IMG/VR virus record: IMGVR_UViG_3300021197_001056
Span: 1 to 54,908 of that record
Origin: a virus
Lineage: Duplodnaviria > Caudoviricetes
Direction: 5' to 3' (one strand)
DNA: 54,908 bases
Position numbers and translations under genes: made by a program. The notes beneath the pieces were generated by a model, which did no database searches, had not been told where the DNA came from, and saw only the letters and a program-made list of their open reading frames with translations. Below are positions 1-8,866 of the stretch, piece by piece. Within the stretch, counting starts at the first letter, position 1; each line of letters starts with the position of its first letter.

Positions 1-2
1 CC

Positions 3-98
3 GTATCAATTAAAAATCCTTATTATAACAATAAATCTTACACAGACAAAGTTATGAATAAGTCTATAGATGATATGATTAAAGATAAAGATAGATGA
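3..98 (+). CDS. 3' end of a hypothetical protein (truncated at window edge)
   Basis: Open frame VSIKNPYYNNKSYTDKVMNKSIDDMIKDKDR ends in TGA 96-98, overlapping ATG 95 (ATGA coupling). Confidence 0.6.
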   Translation, partial: VSIKNPYYNNKSYTDKVMNKSIDDMIKDKDR

Positions 99-958
99 AT
101 AAAAATACTCCTATACTTAGAAAAAATTTAGATGAAGGTGTGCTAGGTGAAGCTAATATAGATGGAAGTATATTTATAGATAAGTCTGTTAAAAAAGGTA
201 GTCAGCAAGAGAAGGATATAATAGCTCATGAAAGTTTCCACACTAAGCAAATGAAAAGCGGGTTGTTGTCTTATGACGACAACAGTATTACATATAAGGG
301 TAAAAAGTACGAAAGAAAAGATGGTGCCATAAAGTACAATGGTAAGTTTTATAAAGAGGGTAGCGAAATGTTTCCTTGGGAGCAAGACGCGAATGAAGCT
401 ATAACCAGTGATTACTTTAAAGATTACGATTATTCGGAGCTTAAAAAAGTTAAACCACCTAATAGTAATTCTTATGATTGCATGTTAGAGGTTAAAGCTT
501 TAAATAAAATACCTTTAAACAAAGACTTCGTTAAGAAGCATGATGACATTGAGCAAGCGTTCAAAGATTTAATTAGCAAGAAAAAAATAAAGGACTACGA
601 TGAGACTATAGCTGCTGAATTAATAAAGAAATCCGCGCCTATAATATTAGATTTGAAAAATTACTTCAATAGGTCTAGACCAAAGGATATGGCTGTTAAA
701 ATGAATATCTCTATGCAAGATATAGAAATGGATTCTATGAAAACTATGTCTTACCCGTCTGGCCACTCAGCTCAAGCTTTCTTAATAGCTGGTGTGTTAG
801 GTGATCAATATCCTAGTAAAAAAAAAGATTTTAAAAGATTAGCTAAAAAAATATCTTATAGCAGGAGGGTTGCTCACGCTCACTATAAGAGTGATAGTAA
901 GTTTGGTGAGCTTCTAGGGAAATCAATGTACAAGCATATTAAAAACAAACAATCATGA
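95..958 (+). CDS. Fusion of an N-terminal HExxH zincin-like domain and a C-terminal PAP2/acid phosphatase domain
   Basis: IAHESFH motif; all three PAP2 motifs present: KNYFNRSRP, SYPSGH, SRRVAHAHYKSD. Confidence 0.8.
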   Translation: MNKNTPILRKNLDEGVLGEANIDGSIFIDKSVKKGSQQEKDIIAHESFHTKQMKSGLLSYDDNSITYKGKKYERKDGAIKYNGKFYKEGSEMFPWEQDANEAITSDYFKDYDYSELKKVKPPNSNSYDCMLEVKALNKIPLNKDFVKKHDDIEQAFKDLISKKKIKDYDETIAAELIKKSAPIILDLKNYFNRSRPKDMAVKMNISMQDIEMDSMKTMSYPSGHSAQAFLIAGVLGDQYPSKKKDFKRLAKKISYSRRVAHAHYKSDSKFGELLGKSMYKHIKNKQS

Positions 959-1296
959 TGAAAAAAACTCCTGCCAAAATGGCAAAAAAGTCTCCAGCAA
1001 AGATGATGAAAAAATCTCCTGCTAAAAAAGCTTTAAAAGGTAAACAAGGTAGTTTACCGAAAGAATTAAAAGATGCTATACTTGCTTCTCCCGGCAAGAT
1101 GTTAAAACCGTCAGCGTTGAAAATGATGAAAAAGTCTCCAGCTAAAATGGTAAAAAAATCTTCTACTAAAGTTAACAACATGAAGAACAAGACCACTGAG
1201 GAAAAGGCTCATAATAAAGCTGCTAGAAAAACTGAAGGATCTAGACTTAGACAAGGCGCTAGAAGACTTGTAAATAAGATTAAGAAAAAGAAATAA
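955..1296 (+). CDS. Highly basic Lys-rich protein with KKSPAKM repeats (histone H1-like, putative DNA-condensing/internal protein)
   Basis: KKTPAKM, KKSPAKM, KKSPAKK, SPGKM, KKSPAKM repeats. Confidence 0.6.
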   Translation: MMKKTPAKMAKKSPAKMMKKSPAKKALKGKQGSLPKELKDAILASPGKMLKPSALKMMKKSPAKMVKKSSTKVNNMKNKTTEEKAHNKAARKTEGSRLRQGARRLVNKIKKKK

Positions 1297-1688
1297 TGGG
1301 GTTCCTGCAGAAAGTGTTATCCTCTGGAGCAGGCAAGCTTATTAAGGACGTTGGCGGAGTCTTAGACGACCTCACCACTTCTAAAGAAGAAAAGTTAGCT
1401 GCACAGCATAAGATAAAAGAATTAATATCTAACCATGAGTTAGAGATGCAAAAGCAGGTGACTAATCGTTGGGAAGCAGACATGAAGTCTGATTCTTGGT
1501 TATCAAAGAACGTTAGACCACTAGTGCTTATGTTTTTAGTTGTATCAACAGTATTAATGATATTCATTGACGCTGGTGTTATAGCTTTTGATGTAGAACA
1601 AAAGTGGACTGATTTATTACAATTAGTATTAATAACAGTGATAGGAGCCTACTTCGGAGGACGTTCACTAGAAAAAACAAAAAAGTAA
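1296..1688 (+). CDS. Holin (3TM/GTA-holin-like family)
   Basis: RWEADMKSDSWLSKNVRP followed by two hydrophobic helices and a YFGGRSLEK tail, typical of this holin family. Confidence 0.75.
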   Translation: MGFLQKVLSSGAGKLIKDVGGVLDDLTTSKEEKLAAQHKIKELISNHELEMQKQVTNRWEADMKSDSWLSKNVRPLVLMFLVVSTVLMIFIDAGVIAFDVEQKWTDLLQLVLITVIGAYFGGRSLEKTKK

Positions 1689-1701
1689 ATTAAATTTTAT
1701 T

Positions 1702-1989
1702 ATGGAAGCAACAAAAGAGAAAATTATCGATTTAAAGCCTAAAGCAGAAAAAATAACTGAAGAGGAGTTGGGTAAATTACAGAATGTAGTAAATAGAATA
1801 AATTCAACTCAATTTAGAATAGGTCAGTTAGAATCTCAAAAGCATGAAATGCTACATCAACATTCACAGTTACAAGGTCAAGTAGTAAAACTTCAAAATG
1901 ATTTAAACGAAAGTTATGGAACTTTTGACGTAAACTTAGACGATGGTACTATCAACTATCCAGAGAAAGATGGAGAATCACGTGATTAG
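1702..1989 (+). CDS. Hypothetical coiled-coil protein
   Basis: Gln/Leu heptad helix; ATTATG start context. Confidence 0.6.
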   Translation: MEATKEKIIDLKPKAEKITEEELGKLQNVVNRINSTQFRIGQLESQKHEMLHQHSQLQGQVVKLQNDLNESYGTFDVNLDDGTINYPEKDGESRD

Positions 1990-2194
1990 AAAGATCACTG
2001 TAGGTAAAGACTATAAGAACGATGCCATGCATTATTCTGTTGGTCAAGACGTTTACGGTGGTCATACGATATGTGATATATTAGAGGAAGATACTAAGTA
2101 CTCTATTTACATCAGGAAGAAGGATGTTGTTATTCCTTGGAAGGATTTCAATAAAAACATGGCAATATCAGTTGAATATAATTTAAACTACTGA
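1970..2194 (+). CDS. Hypothetical protein
   Basis: ORF track 1943..2194; second Met (1970) reduces the overlap; stop overlaps the next start (TGATG). Confidence 0.6.
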   Translation: MENHVIRKITVGKDYKNDAMHYSVGQDVYGGHTICDILEEDTKYSIYIRKKDVVIPWKDFNKNMAISVEYNLNY

Positions 2195-2796
2195 TGAAAC
2201 CGTTATATGACTATATAATAAAACCCTCGGGGGATAGGTATAATAATTCTGTAGAAGTAGAGGATGGTAAAAGCTTAATATTAAATACTGAAATATTCAA
2301 TCATGGATATATTAACCGTAAAGCTATTATTATCTCTACTCCTATTAATAATGTACATAACTTACAGGAAGGCCAAGAAGTCATAGTTCATCATAACATA
2401 TTTAGAAGATGGCACAACGTTAAGGGTGTAGAAAAAAATAGCAAAGGATTTTTAAACGAAAACGAGTACTTAGCTAATCCTGATCAGATATACATGTATA
2501 AAACGCTAGATTGGGAATGCATTAATGGTTACACATTTGTAAAGCCGTTGAAAAATAAAGATAAATTTTCTATAGAAGTAGAAAGACCTTTGGTTGGTAT
2601 AGTTAAGTATTCTGACGGCACGTTTCTCCCTACGCAATTAGTTGGGTTTAGACCTAGTAGTGAATTTGAGTTTACTATAGACGGGGAAAGATTATACAGA
2701 GTTATGAATAATTTTATTACAATTGAATATGAATACCAAGGAGACGAAAAAGAATATAATCCAAGCTGGGCGGAGAGCAGTAGAAGAGTTAATTAA
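2194..2796 (+). CDS. GroES/co-chaperonin-like protein (apparently two tandem GroES-like folds)
   Basis: MKPLYDYIIKP...LQEGQEVIVHH and YTFVKPL...GIVKY...EFTIDGERLYRV echo GroES strand patterns; lies directly upstream of the packaging genes. Confidence 0.5.
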   Translation: MKPLYDYIIKPSGDRYNNSVEVEDGKSLILNTEIFNHGYINRKAIIISTPINNVHNLQEGQEVIVHHNIFRRWHNVKGVEKNSKGFLNENEYLANPDQIYMYKTLDWECINGYTFVKPLKNKDKFSIEVERPLVGIVKYSDGTFLPTQLVGFRPSSEFEFTIDGERLYRVMNNFITIEYEYQGDEKEYNPSWAESSRRVN

Positions 2797-3004
2797 AGTA
2801 GCTAAAGAACCTATTGTAGATTCTGATGATGATATATCAGCAGATAGATTAAAGAACGCTGCAGCCACTAAGAAGCTAGCTATATTTGATGCTTTTGAAA
2901 TTTTAACTCGAATAGAGGAAGAAGAAAGAGTGTTGAATGATCTAGATAAACCTAAAGATAGTAAACCTAAATTTCAAGGGTTTGCGGAAGGAAGAAGTAA
3001 ATAA
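2729..3004 (+). CDS. Putative terminase small subunit
   Basis: Small helical protein directly upstream of, and coupled (TAATG) to, the large terminase. Confidence 0.5.
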   Translation: MNTKETKKNIIQAGRRAVEELIKVAKEPIVDSDDDISADRLKNAAATKKLAIFDAFEILTRIEEEERVLNDLDKPKDSKPKFQGFAEGRSK

Positions 3005-5232
3005 TGTACGAACAGTCACTATACAAAGTAATTGAACCAGTAAAGCTAACCACTATTAATAGACTTAATAAGGGTAAGAAATGGAAGTATGGTTACAATA
3101 AGGAAAGTGATGTAATAGTTATATCTAAATCTGGGCAAGTAGGTGAAATACTTGATATACAAGGGTTGAAGATAGCTTTACCTAAAGTACCTAAAGATGT
3201 ATTCAGTTGCTCTAAGAAGAAGAGTGAGCAGAAGTGGAGAAAGTTTAGTACACCGGAAGTTTTCAAGAAAATTAAAACTAGGTTTGACTGGGTAGATTAT
3301 CCTGAAGAATTCAAACAAGCCCACTATGGATATATAGATCAAGAGTTTGATAGAAGAGAGAATGGGTTTTGGTTTATGAACAACGGTATTCCAACATACA
3401 TACCTGGTAGTTACTATATGTACCTACAATGGAGTAAGATTGATGTTGGTGCTCCAGATTTTAGAGAGGCCAATAGATTGTTTTTTATATTTTGGGAAGC
3501 GTGTAAAGCTGATCAGAGATGTTATGGGATGTGTTATTTAAAGAATAGACGTTCTGGTTTCTCATTTATGAGTTCAGCTGAAACCGTTAATTTAGCCACT
3601 CTCGCAGGTGATAGTAGATTTGGAGTGTTATCGAAAAGTGGAGCTGATGCTAAAAAAATGTTTACGGATAAGATAGTACCTATAAGTATTAACTATCCGT
3701 TTTTCTTTAAGCCTATACAAGATGGTATGGATCGCCCGAAGTCAGAGCTAGCTTACCGTGTACCAGCTAAAAAGTTTACTCGTAGAAAAATGGGTCTTCA
3801 TGAAGAGCAGGATGATATGGAAGGTCTTGATACTACTATTGACTGGAAAAACACTGGTGACAACAGTTATGATGGGGAAAAGCTTTCTTTATTAGTTCAC
3901 GATGAAAGTGGTAAATGGGAAAGACCTGATAATATACTACACAACTGGAGAGTTACAAAAACCTGCTTGAGGTTAGGTGGTAGAATAGTTGGTAAATGCA
4001 TGATGGGTTCAACTTCGAATGCGTTAGACAAAGGTGGTGATAACTTTAAAAAATTATTTTATGATTCAGATGTATCAAGACGAAATAGAAATGGTCAGAC
4101 AAAATCTGGTTTATATTCTTTGTTTATCCCAATGGAATGGAACTATGAAGGATTTATTGATGAGTTCGGACTTCCAGTATTTGATACACCAAGCAATGAC
4201 AGGCGAGGACCTCATGGTGCATTAATAGACATTGGTGTTGTTGATTATTGGGAGAACGAGGTCGATGGTTTAAAAGGTGATCAAGATGCGTTAAACGAAT
4301 TTTACAGGCAATTTCCTAGAACAGAAGAACATGCCTTCAGAGATGAGACTAAAAACTCATTATTCAACCTTGTCAAGATTTACGAACAGATCGATTATAA
4401 TGAGGGTAACAGAAACTCTTCCGTGCTAACTACTGGAAACTTTCAATGGGTTAATGGTGTTAAAGATAGTCAAGTTGTTTTTAGCCCTAATCCCAACGGT
4501 AGATTTAAAGTTAGCTGGGTACCAGGTAGTAAGTTGCAGAATAATGTAATAATAAAGAACGGTATTAAGCATCCTGGTAACGAGCATATGGGTGCGTTTG
4601 GTTGTGATAGTTATGATATATCTGGAACGGTAGACGGTAAAGGTTCTAAAGGAGCTTTGCACGGGTTAACTAAATTCAGTATGGAGGATGCTCCTGCTAA
4701 CACTTTCTTTTTAGAATACCTAGCTCGACCACAAACTGCAGAGACATTTTTTGAAGATGTTTTAATGGCTATCGTATTTTATGGTATGCCAATACTAGCA
4801 GAAAACAACAAGCCTAGATTATTATATTATTTACGAAGAAGAGGTTACAGAGGTTTTAGTATGAACCGCCCTGACAAGATATGGAATAAATTATCTGTAG
4901 CTGAAAAAGAAGTTGGTGGTATACCAAACTCTAGTGAAGATATAAAACAGGCTCACGCAGCAGCAATAGAAATGTACATTAACGATCATGTAGGTTTGCT
5001 TCAAGATGGTACTTACGGTACTATGTATTTTAACGAGACGTTAAACGATTGGAGTAGATTTGACATAACTAAAAGAACAAAGCATGATGCTTCCATTAGT
5101 ACTGGTTTAGCTATCATGGCTTGTAACAGGCATTTATATAGACCAAATCCAGAATACAAAAGAGAACCACTTAACATTTCTATATCTAAATATAAAAACG
5201 TAGGTTTTAATTCAACAATAATAAAAAAATAA
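3004..5232 (+). CDS. terL: Terminase large subunit
   Basis: Walker A-like LKNRRSGFS, Walker B LLVHDESGK, motif III MMGST, RNase H-fold nuclease GCDSYD...ILAENN...HDASIS; upstream of portal. Confidence 0.92.
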   Translation: MYEQSLYKVIEPVKLTTINRLNKGKKWKYGYNKESDVIVISKSGQVGEILDIQGLKIALPKVPKDVFSCSKKKSEQKWRKFSTPEVFKKIKTRFDWVDYPEEFKQAHYGYIDQEFDRRENGFWFMNNGIPTYIPGSYYMYLQWSKIDVGAPDFREANRLFFIFWEACKADQRCYGMCYLKNRRSGFSFMSSAETVNLATLAGDSRFGVLSKSGADAKKMFTDKIVPISINYPFFFKPIQDGMDRPKSELAYRVPAKKFTRRKMGLHEEQDDMEGLDTTIDWKNTGDNSYDGEKLSLLVHDESGKWERPDNILHNWRVTKTCLRLGGRIVGKCMMGSTSNALDKGGDNFKKLFYDSDVSRRNRNGQTKSGLYSLFIPMEWNYEGFIDEFGLPVFDTPSNDRRGPHGALIDIGVVDYWENEVDGLKGDQDALNEFYRQFPRTEEHAFRDETKNSLFNLVKIYEQIDYNEGNRNSSVLTTGNFQWVNGVKDSQVVFSPNPNGRFKVSWVPGSKLQNNVIIKNGIKHPGNEHMGAFGCDSYDISGTVDGKGSKGALHGLTKFSMEDAPANTFFLEYLARPQTAETFFEDVLMAIVFYGMPILAENNKPRLLYYLRRRGYRGFSMNRPDKIWNKLSVAEKEVGGIPNSSEDIKQAHAAAIEMYINDHVGLLQDGTYGTMYFNETLNDWSRFDITKRTKHDASISTGLAIMACNRHLYRPNPEYKREPLNISISKYKNVGFNSTIIKK

Positions 5233-5235
5233 ATT

Positions 5236-7641
5236 ATGGCAGAGTCTGCGATAAAGAATTTTCCTTCTCAAGCAGTTAGTGACTTAGAGAAGATGACATA
5301 CGAGTATGGTTTGAAGGTTGGTAGAGCTATAGAACACGAGTGGTTCAGTAGTTCAAATGGTAAGTATTTAAACTCTAAAAACAACTTTCACAAACTTAGA
5401 TTGTACGCTAGAGGTGAACAGCCTATACAAAAGTATAAAGATGAGTTGTCTATCAACGGTGACTTAAGCTACTTAAATTTAGATTGGAAACCTGTACCTA
5501 TAATACCTAAGTTTGTAGATATTGTTGTGAATGGTATGGCTCAAAGAGCTTACGACGTTAAAGCTTACTCACAGGACAGCTATGGTATCAGCCAAAGAAC
5601 TGAGTACATGGAGTCTATATTAAAAGATATGAGATCTAAAAGGTTTAATGACACCGTGCAGTCTTCCATGGGTATTGATCTTTATGAAAACAATCCAGAA
5701 GATTTACCTGACACTGAAGAAGAATTAGCTTTACACATGCAGCTAGATTACAAGCAGGCTGTTGAGTTAGCTGAAGAGCAGGCTATAAATGTTTTAATGG
5801 AAGGTAGTAAGTTTGATTTAACTAAAAGAAGATGTCTTTACGACTTAACAACTATAGGTATTGGAGCAGTTAAGACTACGTTTGACTGGAGTGACGGGGC
5901 TAAAGTTGAATACGTTGACCCAGCTAACTTAGTTTACTCTTATACTGAGTCGCCTTACTTTGATGATATATACTACGTTGGTGAAGTTAAAGAAGTTCCA
6001 ATAAATGAGTTGGTAAAGCAGTTTCCTGAACTTACAGAAGAAGACGTTAAGGATTTAGTAGAAGGTCCTAGAAGCTCAATAAAAAGCTACAACAATAACA
6101 ATAGCAATAGAGATAGAAACAAAGTAAACGTACTTTATTTTAATTATAAAACTCATAAAAATAACACTTATAAAGTAAAAGAATTAAGCACTGGTGCTGA
6201 AAGAGTAATAGAGAAAGATGATACTTTTAATCCTCCTGCTGATATGGAAGGAAACTTTATGAAACTTGAAAGAGTGATGGAGTGCTTGTATGAAGGTGTG
6301 TTAATACTAGGTACTGACAAGCTACTTAAATGGGAGATGGCTAAAAACATGATGCGTACTAAGTCTAACTTTGATAAAGTTAAAATGAACTATAGTATAG
6401 TAGCACCTAGAATGTATCAAGGTAAAATAGAATCCACTGTTGGTAGAATAACTGGATTTGCTGATATGATACAGTTGACCCACTTGAAGTTGCAGCAAGT
6501 GTTGTCACGCATGGTACCTGATGGTGTTTATTTAGATGCGGATGGTTTAGCTGAAGTTGATCTTGGTAACGGAACTAACTATAATCCACAGGAAGCTTTA
6601 AACATGTTTTTTCAAACTGGTTCTGTTATAGGTAGATCTTTCACTTCTGAAGGAGATCAAAACCCTGGTAAAATACCTATTCAACAAATACAAAATGGTG
6701 CTGCAGGTGGGAAACTACAGAGTTTAATACAGACTTATAATTACTATTTGCAAATGATTCGAGACGTCACCGGACTAAACGAGTCTAGAGACGCATCTAC
6801 TCCTGATAAAAATTCTTTAGTTGGTATACAGAAAATAGCAGCCGCTAATTCTAACACCGCTACTAGGCATATATTACAATCTATGTTGTTGCTTGCTACT
6901 GAATCAGCTGAAGCTTTATCGTTAAGAATATCTGATATTATAGAGTACTCACCAACAAGAGAAGCTTTTATACAATCTATTGGCGCTCATAACGTAGCAA
7001 CATTAGATGAAATGAGTGATTTGCATCTTTATGATTTTGGTATATTTATAGAGTTAATGCCGGATGATGAGGAAAAACAAATACTTGAAAACAATATACA
7101 GCAAGCTTTATCTCAAAAAATAATAGATCTAGACGATGCTATAGATCTTAGAGAAATTCGTAACGTAAAGCTAGCTAATCAACTGTTAAAAATAAGAAGA
7201 CAGAGAAAGCTAGAAAGAGATCAAGCTATGCAACAACAAAATATTCAAGCTCAATCTCAAGCTAACCAACAAGCACAGCAAGCGGCGGCGCAAGCTGAAA
7301 TACAAAAGAATCAAGCTAAAGCTCAAATAGATATGAAACTAGAGCAGCAGAAGAATGATTTGAAAATGCAATTTTTAGAAAGAGAAGCTGCTGTTAAGAA
7401 AGAGTTAATGGATCACGAGATGCATATAAACATGCAGCTAAATGGTATAGAAAATAAAGTCTTAATGGGTAGAGACGCTATGAAAGAGGCTGGTCAAGAC
7501 CGTAGGCTAGATAAACAAGCAGCTAATAAAGCGCAGGAGATGGCGCAAAAAAATCAGGGTGAATCACTTAAAAGGTTTGAGTCATCAGGTAATGATGTAG
7601 TAGGAGGCGGAATCGGTTTAGAGCGGTTCGATCCTAAATAA
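5236..7641 (+). CDS. Portal protein
   Basis: 801 aa directly after terL; PIIPKFVDIVV and IRDVTGLNESRDAS motifs; Gln-rich C-terminal coiled-coil barrel typical of podovirus/crAss-like portals. Confidence 0.85.
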   Translation: MAESAIKNFPSQAVSDLEKMTYEYGLKVGRAIEHEWFSSSNGKYLNSKNNFHKLRLYARGEQPIQKYKDELSINGDLSYLNLDWKPVPIIPKFVDIVVNGMAQRAYDVKAYSQDSYGISQRTEYMESILKDMRSKRFNDTVQSSMGIDLYENNPEDLPDTEEELALHMQLDYKQAVELAEEQAINVLMEGSKFDLTKRRCLYDLTTIGIGAVKTTFDWSDGAKVEYVDPANLVYSYTESPYFDDIYYVGEVKEVPINELVKQFPELTEEDVKDLVEGPRSSIKSYNNNNSNRDRNKVNVLYFNYKTHKNNTYKVKELSTGAERVIEKDDTFNPPADMEGNFMKLERVMECLYEGVLILGTDKLLKWEMAKNMMRTKSNFDKVKMNYSIVAPRMYQGKIESTVGRITGFADMIQLTHLKLQQVLSRMVPDGVYLDADGLAEVDLGNGTNYNPQEALNMFFQTGSVIGRSFTSEGDQNPGKIPIQQIQNGAAGGKLQSLIQTYNYYLQMIRDVTGLNESRDASTPDKNSLVGIQKIAAANSNTATRHILQSMLLLATESAEALSLRISDIIEYSPTREAFIQSIGAHNVATLDEMSDLHLYDFGIFIELMPDDEEKQILENNIQQALSQKIIDLDDAIDLREIRNVKLANQLLKIRRQRKLERDQAMQQQNIQAQSQANQQAQQAAAQAEIQKNQAKAQIDMKLEQQKNDLKMQFLEREAAVKKELMDHEMHINMQLNGIENKVLMGRDAMKEAGQDRRLDKQAANKAQEMAQKNQGESLKRFESSGNDVVGGGIGLERFDPK

Positions 7642-7662
7642 TTAATTATATAATATTTTATT

Positions 7663-8844
7663 ATGGCAGAAGAAAAAAAAGACGCAGTTGAAGAAACTGT
7701 AGAGCAAACCATCGAAAACACTATCGATGAATCAAAATTTGAAAGCGCTGGAGATGATAGCGTTATCAAAGTAGATTTGAATAAACCTCCAACCAATGAA
7801 ACTACAGAAACAGAAGCTAACACAGCAGGAATGGTGGGACGCGATGAAACCATCGACGCCTCACAAGAACAAGAAAAGGTACAACCGCAAGGAGAAGTAC
7901 AAGAAACAGAAACACCAGTATTAGAAGAGGTAGTTGATTCAACGCCTAACACTAAGGAAGCACAAGATTTACAAAATCAAGTAGAACAAGCTGCTGTAGA
8001 TTCTATATCATCTGGAACCCCTTTACCTGAAAATATTCAAAAATTGATACAATTTATGAATGAAACTGGTGGAGATGTAAATGATTACGTAACTTTAAAT
8101 AGAGATTTAACAAAGTTAGATGATTCAGAGATACTAGACGAGTATTATAGTAAGACTAAATCTCATCTTTCACCATCAGAAAGAAGCTTTTTATTAGAAG
8201 ATAAGTTTGGTTTTGATGAAGACATGGAGGATGAGCGTACAATAAAATCAAAAAAAATTGCCTTAAAAGAGCAAGTTGCCGAGGCAAGATCCTACTTAGA
8301 CGGGCAAAAGTCTAAATATTATGAAGAAATTAAAGCTGGAAGTAAACTCACACCCGAGCAACAAAAGGCAGTTGATTTTTTCAATCGTTACAATAAAGAG
8401 TCTGAAAAGACTAAGAGTCGTAACGCTACCGTTAACAAGGATTTTTTACATAAAACTAATAACTTATTTAACGACGAATTCAAAGGTTTTGATTATGACG
8501 TCGGAGATAAGAAATACAGGTTTAATGTTAAGAATGTAGACAACGTCAAGCAAAGCCAAAGCGATTTAAATAATTTTCTTGGGGAGCACCTAAAGGATGA
8601 TGGTTTTGAAAACGCTAAAGGTTATCACAAATCTATATTTACAGCAATGAATGCAGACGCTATAGCTCAACATTTTTATGAGCAAGGAAAAGCAGACGCA
8701 ATTAAAGATGCTGTAGCTAAAGGTAAGAATATTGACGTTAATCCTAGAGGAACTCACGGAAGTGAGCAAACTGGTGGGATGAAAGTTAGAGTACTAGGTG
8801 AGGATTCTAATGATTTCAAATTCAAAATTAGAAAAAGAAAATAA
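7663..8844 (+). CDS. Putative capsid scaffold/assembly protein
   Basis: Very acidic disordered N-terminus and basic C-terminus; lies between portal and capsid. Confidence 0.6.
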   Translation: MAEEKKDAVEETVEQTIENTIDESKFESAGDDSVIKVDLNKPPTNETTETEANTAGMVGRDETIDASQEQEKVQPQGEVQETETPVLEEVVDSTPNTKEAQDLQNQVEQAAVDSISSGTPLPENIQKLIQFMNETGGDVNDYVTLNRDLTKLDDSEILDEYYSKTKSHLSPSERSFLLEDKFGFDEDMEDERTIKSKKIALKEQVAEARSYLDGQKSKYYEEIKAGSKLTPEQQKAVDFFNRYNKESEKTKSRNATVNKDFLHKTNNLFNDEFKGFDYDVGDKKYRFNVKNVDNVKQSQSDLNNFLGEHLKDDGFENAKGYHKSIFTAMNADAIAQHFYEQGKADAIKDAVAKGKNIDVNPRGTHGSEQTGGMKVRVLGEDSNDFKFKIRKRK

Positions 8845-8866
8845 TTAATCTTTAAATTAAAAAATT

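Noticed and set aside
3004-5232. Intein or intron in terminase (also considered for RNR)
   Set aside because: Frames are uninterrupted, lengths are ordinary and no C...HN splice motifs or LAGLIDADG insert were seen.
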